A DNA stretch of 64,000 nucleotides from Psammoneis japonica (GCA_008632985.1 QPGO01000102.1:186001-250000); one strand, 5' to 3'. Counted from the stretch's first letter, positions 1-13,413 are shown. Translations and numbers: made by a program. Notes: a model not told the origin generated them from the sequence alone.

Positions 1-532
1 AGGACCGGGCGTGGCACCCGTCAATGTCGGTGCTGCCGCATTGCAGTCGGCTGCTAGTACTACTACTACAGCACCAGCCGTCAATGGTGCAGCTGCCACT
101 GCTGCTCCTGTAAATGGTGTACCGATTCCACCCGAAGTAGAAGCTGCGGATCATGGATTACGTTCCGATGGAAGTGTCGGTGGATTGACCCTGGCCGAAC
201 GAGTCGCCTTGGGTGCTACTACTACTACGAGTGGCTCAACAGCTGCTGCTGCTCCGCTTGCCATGCCGTCTCCCAAGACAATTCTATATCAAGGACGAAA
301 CAAAATGGTTGCTGCAGCCGGCAAAGCATCTCGTTGGGGTGAAATGGAAGTTCAAAAGGCAATCCAATTGGCGTCCGATGCGGCTGCTGCTGCAATCTCT
401 GGAGGAGCAAGCAGTAGTAGTAATGGTGTGGATGTACAAGCTGCCGACCATGGACTACGATCGGACGGTAGCGTCGGTGGTCCATCTCTGGCGGAGCGCG
501 TGAATTTGGGAGCTCAATTGTTGGGTCAGTAA
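1..532 (+). CDS. 3' part of an Ala/Thr-rich protein of unknown function with a duplicated ~28-aa motif
   Basis: Open frame from the window edge to TAA at 530-532. The motif (E/Q)AADHGLRSDGSVGGx(T/S)LAERVxLGA occurs twice. Confidence 0.7.
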   Translation, partial: GPGVAPVNVGAAALQSAASTTTTAPAVNGAAATAAPVNGVPIPPEVEAADHGLRSDGSVGGLTLAERVALGATTTTSGSTAAAAPLAMPSPKTILYQGRNKMVAAAGKASRWGEMEVQKAIQLASDAAAAAISGGASSSSNGVDVQAADHGLRSDGSVGGPSLAERVNLGAQLLGQ

Positions 533-562
533 TTGGACTGAAAGTCAGTAATTGGACTGAAA
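525..562 (+). repeat. 19-bp perfect tandem duplication spanning the stop codon
   Basis: GTCAGTAATTGGACTGAAA at 525-543 and 544-562. Confidence 0.9.
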
Positions 563-665
563 GAATTGTTTTGTGGAGGTAATCATAGAGTATGGCTACA
601 ATTCATAAGTATTGTAAAAGCGTGCCACTTTATCTTAATGATTGCTACTATATCCAATCTTCTCT

Positions 666-1244
666 TTACAATTGAATTTCGGTTCCATGTTGTTCCATCA
701 TGGCATGAAACCAGTCTTCCGCATCATGACTACTACAAATGAGCGAACACATGGGTGTTCCGGTATCTGTCAAGAATCGCATAACTCTCATGACTTGATC
801 CGAATTTGGCTGTTTTTGCTTTTCCGATAATGATATTTTGGAAACTTGTCCCAATTTGACATGAAATTCAAACGACTGATCTGCAGATGCCAACGTCATG
901 AGCGGTTCTCCCGTGGTGGGTGAACCTGAGACCTTGCACGTGGGTCCCAATTTGGACGTTGTTTCCAAAATGGCACCATTGCCCACCACCACGACACGAA
1001 ATTCCAAATCCGATTTGTGAATTTGAGTTAAAAAGTCACAAACGCGAGTTTGAGGAGGAGTCAATTCCAATTCTGTTGCAGTTGTTGTTGTTGTAGACCG
1101 AATCGTGCTTCTTGTTTTTGTTGGTATGTTTACTCTAGACCAGGACGGCGTCACGGTAAATCCATCAACTTGCGTTGTTGAACAAAGGATGATGAATAAC
1201 ACGCACAACGTCAAGGAACGACAGGGGTTGTTTGACTTCATCAT
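666..1244 (-). CDS. ChuX/HutX-family heme-utilization carrier-like protein, probably plastid-targeted
   Basis: Starts MMKS at 1244 with a hydrophobic signal peptide ending VDG|FT (ASAFAP-type) and a Ser/Thr/Arg transit region. Mature domain has the RVVV..GAILE, FEFHV, MRFL and WF..M.EQHG motifs recalled from cyanobacterial ChuX/HutX proteins. Confidence 0.7.
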   Translation of the reverse strand: MMKSNNPCRSLTLCVLFIILCSTTQVDGFTVTPSWSRVNIPTKTRSTIRSTTTTTATELELTPPQTRVCDFLTQIHKSDLEFRVVVVGNGAILETTSKLGPTCKVSGSPTTGEPLMTLASADQSFEFHVKLGQVSKISLSEKQKQPNSDQVMRVMRFLTDTGTPMCSLICSSHDAEDWFHAMMEQHGTEIQL

Positions 1245-1497
1245 GGTGAATAGCTTCTCGCAAATATCTTGTGTGACAACGCGAAGTCCCCGCTCAAAAC
1301 AGAAAAAGATCTTTTCAGCTTGGCACAGACACGTTCGGTTCAATGTGAGCAATCTCAGTCGAACTCTCGCACCGACAAATGTACCAGATAAACAGACAAG
1401 CCGATGCCAATGCCTTGTAGAAACAATACTGAGTTCTCTGTGGCCCAAAGATCGGTCATTATTTCATCTGCTTCTGACAAAATTGATCTCCATCACC

Positions 1498-4400
1498 ATG
1501 GCGCTGTCTTCGTCTCAACGGAGCGGCACCGAATCATCATCATCATCCGCCGTGGTTCGTCCCGCTCCAACAAATGAACAGCATCAGCAACAACAAGAAC
1601 AAAGTTCAGCAGCCGCCGCTACTGTCAAACTGCTACTCCAAGAAGACCCTCTGTTGACCCAACACGAGCTTCATGTCAATCATCATCATGACCATGACAA
1701 TGATCATGATGCGCATGTCTGTGCCTATGCCGCGGCTCTGCTACTACAAGACGATCATGAACAAGTAGTCGAAACCCGTGCTACACAAGCGTTGGAGGAT
1801 GTACAACGCAAATTGACACTTGTCGAAAGCTTGGCGGAACGTGTCTCGCGTACCAGTCCCGAAGCAGTTGCGGGGCCCTTGCTCAAGTTGCACGGATACA
1901 CTACACTACAACATGAACAACAAGACGAAAGCAGCGAGGAACAACAACAACAACCCATGACACTGGTGGCAACGCGCGAAAAGTGTCATCGTTTGGAACG
2001 ACAGGGACAAGTCCTCGAGGGTGTTGCGAATCGAGTCGAATCCTCTCTTACACGCGGATTGGTGCGAATGCAAAAGGCAACGAATCGATTGAAACGCGTG
2101 TTGGATTTGAGTTTTGTATTGAAACAAATTTTGAGACTCTTATTTGAATCTACCAAATTGCAGGGATATGATTTGGACGATTTACGGGATTTGACACGGG
2201 CGGCCGCGTCCGTAGCCATTTTGCAAGAATTAATGGCCAAACCGGAATTGTCTTGTGGTATTGACGTGGTGGAAGACATGAGGCCCTATGCCAATACCGT
2301 GTCGAATCAAGTACGACAAGCGGCAGCCACCTTGTTGGATCAATTCCATCAATCCAAATCATCGTCGGTAGTACAATTGGGTGCGACGCTGCAAGTCTAT
2401 TATCACTTGGGCGAATTGCCTCAAGCCGCTTGGAATTCGGTTCAACACGGACTCGACGCGGCGCAACAAGCCATGGAACAACTCTTTAGCAGTGCCAATT
2501 TACAAAAATTACAAGACACGGCTACAGCGCAAGCCAAGGCTGCCGTGGGGACCAAACACAAGCCGGGTGACACGGAACGAGCTCTTCAGAAAAAGCTACG
2601 AGAGCTACGTGCCCAAGCGGCCACGGCCTGGGCCACTCGCACACTGGAGGCGGCACGGTTGGTTTGGAATTTGCAGTTTGTGTTGTGTCGTAAATCGGAT
2701 CCCGTCACGCGACAGGTCTTTATCGATTTAGTCGCAGCGTCGCCCATTCCAAGTGAATTGTTGTTGTTGTTGCCACCACAAAAAACAACACTAGAGGAAT
2801 TTAGTGTCTTTGGTATTTATTGGCACAATCTCTGTGCCATTCTTGGAAACCAATTGAATCAAGTCTTGGAAGAAAGCGAAAAAGACAAATTCAAGCGTTC
2901 GTCCTTGAATGTGGCTGGCTTGTATCCCGCCGTTCGTGCCGCGGCACTCGACATGTTGAGTTCACTCTACGACACTATGCACGCCGGGTCCTTGGGGAGT
3001 TCTACTGCTAGCAGTGGATTGGCACTGGAAGACACGGCCGCATCCACCTCGACGACAAGTGGTGGTGTCTTGGGAGGATCTGCCGGACTGGCCGATTCGT
3101 TTCTCGAATGCAGCATTAGCAATCCTCAAGACGATGATCCCTATGCCTTTTTGGGAACCGCCACGGCCGACACGTGGACACGTGCTGACAATACAACGGC
3201 ATTACTGCTACAAGACGGTTCGTCGGATCGTTTGTTTTCATCCTCGGGTACTACAATGACAACGTCGTCTCTGTCTGCCATTTTTCAATCACCCGAATGG
3301 CAAGCTTTGCAAGGCAACAATACTATTGAAAATAACGAAGAATCCATGTCGTTGGGATTGTACGGTCTTCAACAAGCCTTTTTACAAGCTTCCCATGATC
3401 GCTTGTGTGAACCGCTCCAATACATGTTTCCCTCGTCGGGCGTTACACTCGACGATGACGGCCACGCCATTTCCGTCTTGCCGACACTGCCGTCTCGTTA
3501 TGATTTGCAACGACTCGATCAATCCATTCGGCAAGAATTGGCTCTGGCAGACCCACGAGAGGGCGGTGGCGAGTTGAGTATGGTGACCATGCTTTGCAAT
3601 GTCATTGTCGATATGGCCAAATTGTTTTGTGAACGAACCAAGGGTGTTGTCAGTGGAGCGGGACAAGGTGGATATCTCGTACCGTCCAAGGTTGCTCCGA
3701 CGGATGATTTGCTTCATGATTTGAAAGTGTCCAAGGTTATGGTAAGTGGGATCCTACTGGATGCTTTTTTTTTTCACTGGCGGCTGTCTAATTCACTTTC
3801 ATTGCTTCTATCTATTTTAATAGAACGCTCTCGCGGTTGCCGTGAGGAGTGCGCCCGAAAACACGTTTGTCGTGCCATACAGGCCAGCCACTTCGGTCCA
3901 GCACGAGGAGGCGGCCAACATGTGTCAGACGGCTCTTCTACCAGCTTTGGTGGAGATTGAAAACATGGTCAAGACTCTTATTCTTACGCCGCTGTGCCGC
4001 GCACTCAACCAGCGTGTGGCCGACGCGATTGCCAAGGTTCATCACGGAACGTATCTAGGCGAAAGCCTCGAGGGCATGGAGGGTACTGGCACGTCATTTG
4101 TGCAAAAGCATTTGGCCGAATTGTACGAAGGCATGGCAGACACGATTCTCTCCAAACTCCCCAAGGAATACGCCGGTATTGTGGCTTCCACCGTGGCGAC
4201 CTTTTCCATTTACACTTTTGTTTCCAACATTAGCATGATTCGTCCGCTGGGTGAAACGGCCCGGCTTCACATTACACAGGATCTCGCCGATTTTGAATTG
4301 GCACTCGAGCAGCTCGTCTTCAAGGCCAACAGCTCCATGACCTTGAGTCAAATGCACAATGGCAAACCGTATGCCGAACTGCGTGCCGTCCGTCAAATGC

Positions 4401-4768
4401 TATTTTGGACCGGCCTTGACGATCAAACAGCTTCTCCGGCGGTCTTGACCAAGTCCTTGTTGAGGGAATTATGGATCAAGGATGTGCGGCCTTCAACGGT
4501 TATTCATTTCTTGTTTTCCTTTGCTCCTCCTCTCCTGTCATCGCCACAGCATGCCAAGCGCACCACTCCCGAAAAATACATTCAAACTTTGGTGGAGTTG
4601 GACGGAACTATTGACGATGGTGAAGCAAGTGCATGGATGGTAACCATGGAGTGCTGCGAGTCGTACCAACAACGCGAAAGCGTGGGTCGTGGAGACGGCG
4701 GAGACGCACGCGTCGCAGCCATTCTCATGTCGCTAGGACCTGAGCTTTTACGTAGATATCGGCATTAA
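1498..4768 (+). CDS. COG5: Conserved oligomeric Golgi complex subunit 5; join(1498..3741,3824..4768)
   Basis: N-terminal coiled coil with LKQILRLLFESTKL..DLTRAAAS..GIDVV. C-terminal IRPLGETARLHITQDLADFELAL, GKPYAELRAVRQMLF and RPSTVIHFLFSFAPPLLSSP. A GTAAGT...TAG intron at 3742-3823 keeps the frame. Confidence 0.88.
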
Positions 4769-4874
4769 TTGTTTTACTTTATTACCATCGTGAATCTCGA
4801 CTATTTTACTTGCACTAGGTTTCTGTTGTTATCGTATGACTACCTGTGTTGTCTAGAGATAGCTATCCAGTCCT

Positions 4875-6894
4875 CTAGCTAGACGACCTCATGGCATCGT
4901 CAAGACTGAGCGACGCTTTCCAATCGTCAGCCGTACAGGAAAACTGAGATTCGCCCTGATTGTTCAAACCGACTCGACTCCTGGCTTGAAGACGCGTCAG
5001 AGTCAGCCAACGGTGAAAGTCCTCTTCTCCGGCCAACTCTTGCACATTGCTACTGCGCTGCTGGGTGCGTTTCTTGATGAAATCGTCTTGCGCCACCTCC
5101 AAGACCTGTTTGGAGAGACCAATGTTGTTGGCGCCGTGTGGGGATGGAGTACCGCGGCATTTGGACAGATACGACTGAATGGATTGGAGAGATTCTGGCG
5201 ATAATACACTCGGCGCTTCTTGGTGGTTTCTACCAGGGAGCGTCATGGAGAGGCACAATCAAAGATGGTCCGCTCCCAGAGGACAGAACAATGACACAAT
5301 AGTCCGCTTCAAAGTTATAAGATACACCACCATCAAATGTATAAGGCACGACGTGACTCTTGACCATGCTCGTCAAGGCCGACAAGCTCTCTTGAGCTTG
5401 TGCAGGTGGCGTCGTTGCCGTAACGTCGTGATGAATCAAAACGACGGATCCCTTGGGAAGCTGCAATGGACTCGGAACGAGACGACCAAATTCATTCTTG
5501 GCTGGAGCCTTCAACGTCCCATTCACCAAGGTTTCGTGATTGACATGCAAGACAGCCACGACGGGAACCACTTGTTTCAGCATGGCTTGTAGCCTCGTCA
5601 ACGTCGTTTGACACGCTTGTTGATTGGGAAGCTTGAAATGAAGTGATGCGCATCCCAGGGTAGAGTCTTGAGTTTTCTGAATAGGACAATAGACACCATT
5701 GTCCAATTGACGCTCTGCCATGGACATGAGTGCCATGAGGAGTGCTTCCGACGCAGTTTTATTGCCAGAAAAGACGTTTTCAGACAATGTGTCAATCGTT
5801 AAGGATCGAGCGTCCACACTATCTTCCTCCATTGGCATATCCTGAGCGGGAGATAACTGAGAAGCGGCAAGATTGACTTCTCGAAACGACAAGACATGAA
5901 GACGTGCCAATCGACTGGGTGGCGGGAGAACGACACCATCCAGCATGGCATCTCTAGACGACGAGTGATCGAACGAGGTGGCATCAAGTGGATTCAATGA
6001 AAGCACGGCAATCACATCCACAACTTGATTGAGTTTGAGACGGTTCTTGTCCTCGTCGTCATAATACATTTTTGCCAAAACAGGACACTGATTAGGATCG
6101 GATCCCATGTTGCCTGCAGGCCACCAATCCGAATCGTCCATTGTTGGGGCTGATACGACATCCTGTGAAAGGGACGCAACACTGGTGGGTGTCGATGAAT
6201 TCTTCTTTTCAGGCGTTTCATCGTTGGGAATCAATACCGGCTGCTTACGAACTGGAGACTCAGCAGCCATCACCATATCGTCCTTGGAGCGTTTCTTATT
6301 GTTTACAGCGGTCGTGTCCATGTCAGACTCTGCCAACGTGGCCGCCTCTGAAGTTTTCGTTGTTTCAGCAGTTGCATAAGGAATCGGCACTATGAATAAC
6401 AACTGACGTTCCTCCAAAAAGTTGTGATCGACTTGCATGGGATGTTCCTGATTGTCCGAATAGTAGTCACGGTACTTTGTTTGAACGCCGTTGACTTGGG
6501 ACAGATAAAACTCGGGTTCGAGCATGTCTTGCACCATGCCTCTGTAGCGTACTAATGTGACTCGGCCTGCCTCTGGAGGTAGAGTGCCACTCTTCAGCAA
6601 GTCCCGATCGAGATAAGGAATAACCTACTCGTAAAGACATAAAGGAGAGTTAAGGATTACGTAGTTAGTGTGTGTAGGAACGACTCATAGCAGGTATGCT
6701 TACAAAAATACTACTGTACGAGAGACTTACAGCGTCATTATTGTAACCGGCATGTCAAAGATACGGTCAAGTTGTTTCAGGTCAGACTCTGAAACGCTTT
6801 CTTGACCGCGCTGAATCTTGGAAGCAACAGTTTCTGCCGCATGTTTCACTTCTGCCACGAAAATGTCGGTAGGCTTTGACTGCGTCGTCGTCAT
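4875..6894 (-). CDS. MCMBP: Mini-chromosome maintenance complex-binding protein (one intron ~6625-6730; apparent frameshifts near 6750 and 5258)
   Basis: Motifs LVRYRGMVQDMLEPEFY, LEERQ, PPPSRLARLHV, G.LVPSPLQLPKGS, VPYTF and C-terminal QDDF...FHRWLTLTRL are typical of MCM-BP. Confidence 0.88.
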
Positions 6895-6971
6895 GGTTGG
6901 GTTTCGAGAGCATAAAAAGCTGTGAAGAAGAGAAATGAGAGGCGTGTTATGTTCCGCGGAAGTCCAAAGTC

Positions 6972-6994
6972 GCGCCAAAAAATGCGGCGGGAAA
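6972..6994 (-). promoter_or_regulatory. Two E2F consensus sites upstream of MCM-BP
   Basis: TTTGGCGC (rc of 6972-6979) and TTTCCCGC (rc of 6987-6994) match TTTSSCGC. They lie 80-100 bp upstream of the ATG of a DNA-replication gene. Confidence 0.65.
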
Positions 6995-7099
6995 CGAAAA
7001 CGATGATGCAATGATGACGTGTCATACTAAGTGTACGTAGAATTGTACAAAGCATCACGGTTTGATTCATTCGATGAAAGTGCTGTTGGAGTTACCAAC

Positions 7100-9750
7100 T
7101 GCAGGGCAGGGTTCAGGTTGAAGAACATTCTGAATGGCAGGAACAGAGTCTGAAGGGTGAGAAACTGTGGAAAAGAGAACCAAAAGTCATGTGATTGAAA
7201 CACTCCCAGGCTGCTGGCAGTGGGCAGCCATGCACCACCAAGGGGCATGCAACCTTTGTGTTCCAGCAGTTTCAAAATGGCAGTGTGGCGGGTGTTCGCT
7301 GGACTCCCTCCAACTTCCCGCCACAGTGCTGCCTCAAGGAAAGCAAAAAAATGGGCACCAACAGCACACCAAAGAACTGAGATCCAGCGGCAATTTCATG
7401 CTCAAAAAGAGCTGTGTGTCTCATGATGCTTCACTTCAGGATCACTCTGCAACAGCGGCTCTCTGCCATTGCACCCTGGTTGACAAGCTGCTGCAATTGT
7501 TCAATCAGAGGTGGCCCACATTGCAGAAAGAAACTTTGAAGCACATGCCATTGCATGCTCCACTGTGGCGCAGTGTGGTCTGTTTCAGCGCTCTTCACCA
7601 GCAGCTCCTGAGAGAGTTGAATGAGAGCTTGGAGCTTTTCTCTGGCTCATTGCCTCCTTGTGGCCCATCGGCACTTGCGCAACAGACTGTTTGCTGAAGG
7701 CATGTTCCTTTTTGTCCCCCTGCTCTGAGATTTGCATGTTTGTGCTCATGCAGCAGCTCAGGAAGAAAACGCCCACTTGCACCCCCCCCCAAAGCTCAGA
7801 GGATGTTTCAGCCCCAGCAATTGTTCACTCCAAGTGGTCACAATCATCACATGTCTTCTTGGACCACCACAGCAGCAGCTCTGCTGGACTTTGCTTGACC
7901 TGCCCAGCCAGCCTGGACACCTCTGTGCTCAGGAGAGAGAGGAGCTTTTTTGAAACACACTGTTGTGTGCTTGATGATCGTGACACCACAGTCTGTTGTG
8001 GTTTTTCATCAACTTGCCACAAGCCAGATTTCCAGCACCCACAAAGTTGTGTAAGAGTGTGAGAAAAAAGTGTTCTCTTTGGCACATTGCTGTGTGTCCC
8101 TTGTGGCTGGACAGCAGCTTTTGCATGACACCAGCCACTTTGTTTGTCTGGCAGGCTCTTTTTGTTGTTTTAACAGGATCCCTGCTTTACAAGATCTGTT
8201 GCACAGCTGTGAGCTCACATTCATGTGAGCTGTGGGGAGGTGAGCTGGTTGGGCAGCTGCTCAATGAATTTTTTTGTCCATTGAACATGACCTTGTGAGA
8301 CAAAATGGCAGCTTGTGCAGAGTTAGAGCCTGCAGCACACTTTCCATTGTGTTTGGGTTTTGAGACAAGTTTGTCATCTCACAGCAAAAAGCTGTGCACA
8401 ATGCTCAAATGTTGGTTTTGCATTTGCAAATGAAGTCACATGAGGTTTTCATTGAAAAGCAGCAGTCTTGAGGCAGAGATGGCAAAGCTGCTGACACAGA
8501 AAATGGCGCTTGTTTTTGCCTGTTGTTTTGGGCCTGGCAGCAGGGGCTCCATTTTTGGGTTTTTTGCTGGAGTCTGGCTTCAATGCAAGAGAGGCACACA
8601 TTCCCAGTTGCCAAGCCCCCCTGCTTCTCTGTCTGTGGAGCAGCACAAGTGGCCTTCTCTGTGAACTTGCAGAAATCATTCAAAAGAAGGGACAAGCCAG
8701 TGCTTGTTGTTTTCCTTTTTTTTCAAGAAATTGAGTGCAAGATTAACTGCCATCATCAAAGTCAAGGAGGATGGCACATTTGATGGCACATTTTTTGTGT
8801 CAAAAAAGTCTCTGACAACAAAACAAAGTGCCCTTCAGAAGATGCAGCACTTTTGTGGCAAAAGAGATGCTCAGACAACTGATTGAAGGGTGGGAGTTTT
8901 GGGCACTGTGGCTCAAATCCTGCACAGATTGTGGCGGGCATGCTGCCCAGATGTCGAGTGTGCTTTTTGTCAACCTGGGCAATGCCCTGCTCATCTGACC
9001 ATAACTGACCTTCTGTTTTGTGCACATTGTGAAGTTGCAGGGTCAATTTGCAGCATCAGAATCTCTTGTTGGTGGAGAACAGCACACTCAGAACAATGAA
9101 ACAAATCTTTTGGTCCAAATGCATTTTGCCTTCACTCCTTGCACCCAGTTTCTGCTTTGCAGCACCTCTGGAGGCTGCCAAGGTTCACATCAATTTTGCT
9201 GAAAAGAGAAAACAAGCAAAGAGTTCAAAAAGTTGGGGCTGTTGTGGAATGACTCCAAGAGAGTTGTCCAAAAATCTCTTTTGTTTTGATGCAGAGCTTG
9301 CAAACTTTTGACCCACAAATTGTGTGTAAACACCTTGCTTTGGTGCAAGACACCTGCTCTGATTGGCAAGCATGGTGCAGGTGTGGCTGGCATGCCATGA
9401 CGTTGCTCCCGAAATCGTTCACTTGCTCAGGAAAGAGGCTGTCCATGCAGGTGTTGCGGGTCTGTGCGCTGAAATGCTGGAGCAGCTCGGCTCATGTTCC
9501 GCGGACAGACTCAAGCAGATGAAGCTCTACAAGATCTATCCGCAAAACCGAGAACTTGAAGCTAAGACCGATACGCTTTTTGGTGCGAAGACTGGTTTCC
9601 TCAAGAACCTTGTCATCAACCGATGCACCAAGGCAGATGCCATGTTCCAGATTGAGTGGAGGGCAGTGATGGGATTTGGGCTTTGGCAACAGTTTGGGAA
9701 GACGAATTTTATTTTCTTGCTGTGAGAATGCTGGCATGCACTTTTCAGGA
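7100..9750. mobile_element. Degenerate repeat/TE relic, TpA- and CpG-depleted
   Basis: Almost no TA and few CG, with strong TG/CA excess and many overlapping Tyr-free ORFs. The right edge (~9480-9750) is less altered and still reads like coding sequence. Family not identifiable. Confidence 0.55.
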
Positions 9751-10440
9751 TCACACTGAATTACCAGCTCCTCAACATTTATAGGCCCAAATTTGCTTCA
9801 GCGTAGTGTCGTTTCACTGATCTGGTCACCGCCGCTTGCAGTTGGACAGCCACACAAGACTCGGCAGGGGCAACAGAAAACAACCAAGAGACAGTCACAG
9901 GCCGCGGTACAAAGTGCGATGCAGCATTGACACGGGAAGCAGCATATCCGTACACAACATCGTTGTTCATCTAGATCACTCATAAGTCTTCTTTGGATTT
10001 TGTTTGAAGTGGTAGTCAGCGAGAATCGAATGCTCGGTTTTGCTCTGTCTGTCTGCGTCTAGAGTACAGTATGTTTGTAGCTTTGTCTTGCTGGATGCTT
10101 GAGCTGTCAAGAGAGACTGTGTCTTTCTAGAGAATGGCGCAATTGCTTTTTGTGAGACAGAGAGAGAGTGACAAAGCCAAAAGGGTTTCCGTGAATGAAA
10201 CATGAGTCGTGACATTCCAAGATGTTCCGATGCCTGTTGTGAGCTGAGCTCGGTGTTATTGTTGAGTTCGCTTTCGGATTTCAGTCGTGCGTTGATCGCG
10301 CGCTACAGAATGGAGAACTTATCACCGCCACCCAGTGTCCAGTGAGATACTGCTCTTGAAGCATCGGCATGTGTACAATCATCCTCCACAAGGCAATTCA
10401 ACTGCACCTACTACACGTCAGGTAACACAAAATGAGACTT

Positions 10441-12423
10441 CTATTTCTGGGCCGCGCTAAGCAATTCTTCCCACGTTTTCGAGCTTCTCTCTAGGCTGAC
10501 GGTCACTTCGCTTTCGCGCTGGGTCTACTTCAACGGCATTAATCTTTTCATAGGATGACCAATCAACAACAGATACTCCTCTATCTCGTAAGATGTCGTC
10601 AAGGTTGCCTCTTGTCTTTGAACATGTTGCATGCTTATCCTTGGTAGTAATGTCTTTCATAATGGACCCTACGGTATCTTTGGCATCTGGAATGTTGGTA
10701 CCAATGATTCCAGTAGGACCACGTTTCAACCATCCAGACACGTACAAGCCGCCCAATGAATTTGTTGCATCGTCAACCTTGCCGTGAACGTTGCGTACTA
10801 TTCCGCGTCGGTGGTCGAAACAATTCACCTCATCCATTCCTGGTAGTGCAAGGCCCTTGTAGCCAATACTGACAAGCGCCTACCAAGAGGACATAGCAAG
10901 ATATGTTAGGATTGATCTTCTAGAAAGAGTCGAATGCTGCAAAAATCACGTACTAGCTGGGCTGGGACGGTTTCATATTCTCCAGTCCCGACCGCCACCT
11001 GCTGCTCGGCATCGCCTTCAAGCTTTGTTCGCTCACAGACGACAGCACCAAGACGTGATGGATCAGTATCACTCGGTTTGAATTCGACTGGATTCAAAAG
11101 GAATCTCAATGCTACCTGTTTTTGACAAGAATTGTCTACGCACGCAAGAGTGGCAGCCCATTAGAAGGCAAGTTAAAGGATCTGAACCCTTCGTACAAGA
11201 GATGGCTTTCTTACCCTTCTTCTTTGAAGCCTGCTGCAGCAACTTATTGATTCGCTTCTTTGGTCTCCCCTTAGGCCCATCTAGCTCCAATTTAGAGGCT
11301 TCCGTAGGCCCATTTCCAACTCATCGGGCAGAACAACAAAGGAGGCGTCGTATCCTTCTCCTGGAGTTTGACAAGCTCTCGTACTTCCTGTCACACGAGA
11401 GTGACACATTTAAGAGCAGTAAGTATTATAAAAATACGTGACACGGTGATGGAATTCGTGGCTGTTAAGCAAGAGTCCGAACTCACCTTTATTGTAAAGG
11501 CTCCCTGCACATGCCCTCGTCTTCCGACAACGGTAGTCTGATGCACACCCTGTTCAAAGATTGGCATGGCACGAGAGGCCATGTCGGTGTCAATCAACTT
11601 GATACCCCCCTTTGCCAATACGCGCGCACAATCTAATGCAACATTTCCCTGTCCGACAATAACAACCTGTGCATCCAATTCGGGTTGCGGACCCAAGGCA
11701 GCTGCGACCTCTGGTCCAATGTGTTCATAGTCGGGGTGGCCTTTGACAAACACAAACCGACGTCAGCGATAAGGGCTTGAACAAGACTCTAGACGGTTCT
11801 ACTGTTCACTTCCACTCACCATTGTACCATGCTACAAATTCTCGTGCTGACAATATTCCCTGCAATTCATCCTGTCCAGGAATGTTTAGTTTCGAATCCG
11901 ATTCACACCCATATGCCAACACAACTACATCAAAGCTGCTGCGCAGTTCTTGCAACGAGACATCCTGCCCGACATTTACGTTTCCCTTGAATTTGACAGA
12001 ATCAAAGAGCGAAGATTCAAAATCAAACTGTACATTCTTAACCTCGGGATGATCGGGCGCAACTCCACTTCGCACCAAGCCAAAGGGGGTTGGAAGGCGA
12101 TCCAGAATTTGAATATCACACTCCATGCCAATCTTTTTCATTGCCGAGCGCAAATATTTTGCTGTATAGCACCCAGATGGGCCGCTTCCCACAATCGCTA
12201 CAGACAATTCATTATTATTTTTTGGAGACTCGGTGCTGGAGAAGAATCTACCGGCATGTTTTGTAGCAAGCACACCCCGTTGGTTTCTTCTAGCGGAAGC
12301 TATTGTGTGTTCAGCTCGAAGAAGCAGCATCTGAGCAAGCGGCTTTGTACCATCATTATGAGTTGCATAAAGCAGCAAGCGACTTGTTCGACAGTATGAA
12401 AGACATTGTCTCAGCAGCGCCAT
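10441..12423 (-). CDS. FDXR: NADPH:adrenodoxin oxidoreductase (mitochondrial ferredoxin reductase), multi-exon
   Basis: Mitochondrial-type presequence. Motifs VAIVGSGPSG, PTPFGLVRSGVAPDHPEVK, SAREFVAWYNG|HP, IVGQGNVALDCAR, GRRG..QGAFTIK and GWLKRGPTGIIGTN. A 1-nt shift near the end restores ENVEELLSAAQK*. Confidence 0.93.
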
Positions 12424-12538
12424 TTCGGTGGTTTATTTTGTTGTTGCATCATCGTTACGTCGTCGGCCCACTTGGACCGTCCTGAGTTTTCACGAGCTCG
12501 CGCACGAGCTTTTAGCCTCCGACTGTAATTCACACACC

Positions 12539-13413
12539 ATGACGGAGAAAGCGGCGGAGAACTAGTCGATACGGGGCTGTTGTTGCAGGAGAGCTACTAT
12601 CACATACTTCAAGGCGGTAACAATGGTGAGAGAGTCCCTTGTGAAACGAATATGAATTTTGATCGTACGCAATTTCGTATCTCACCGACGCACTCATTCC
12701 ATCTTATCTCAGGCACCACGCAAGTCTTCGGGTGGAGGGAAGAAACGGAAACGTGTGAAATCTGCACAGAGCCCCGCGTCGCCAGCAGAGCAGGAGATTT
12801 CCTTACAAGACCAAGAACGAATCCGACAGGCTTTTGATGAGTTCGATGGAAATGACGACGGTGAGTCGTCGGTATTCGAGTTGCTGTTGGACTGCTGGAG
12901 GCCTTCTGACAGAGTCTCCTCACATATCAGAGTGGAGAGACTCTAGAAGATCGGGTGGAGTATTATATTGGCCTCCTTCTGGACGCTGTATGCTTATGAT
13001 TGCACCTCTCATGAATTTTTTTTTTTTCAGGTATCATCAACGGGAGACAAGCTAGAAATGCAATCAGGAACATGGTGGGTTTCGATATTGACAAGCACGA
13101 GATTCGACAGTGGTTCGTAAAGAATGACAAGAATGACCAGTCTTTGAAGCAGATTCAAGTAGATCTGGATGCCTTTGTTGAGTGTGCAAGTCACTACTGG
13201 ATTCAGCAACTTTCCGTCAAGCAAGCTTTCGCTTTGTTTGACGAAGAAAAGAAGGGATTTATCTCGATTCAAGACTTGAGGCGCGTAGCTCATGAACTCG
13301 ATCACGAGGATATTGCAGACGAGGAGCTTCAGGAGATGCTTGAAATCGGGGAAGATGGCATTATCAACCAACAAGACTTTTATCAAATTATGAAGAAGAT
13401 AAAACTGGTTTGA
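12539..13413 (+). CDS. Centrin/calmodulin-like EF-hand protein (2 introns)
   Basis: IRQAFDEFDGNDD|GII and QAFALFDEEKKGFISIQDLRRVAHEL..DEELQEML are centrin-like EF hands. GTGAG donors lie at ~12625 and ~12861. The start is uncertain because of an apparent 1-nt loss after the ATG. Confidence 0.75.

Noticed and set aside
1105..1497. N-terminal extensions of the 951-aa and 260-aa ORFs
   Set aside because: They come from non-ATG starts running through the shared divergent promoter. The ATGs at 1498 and 1244 fit the proteins.
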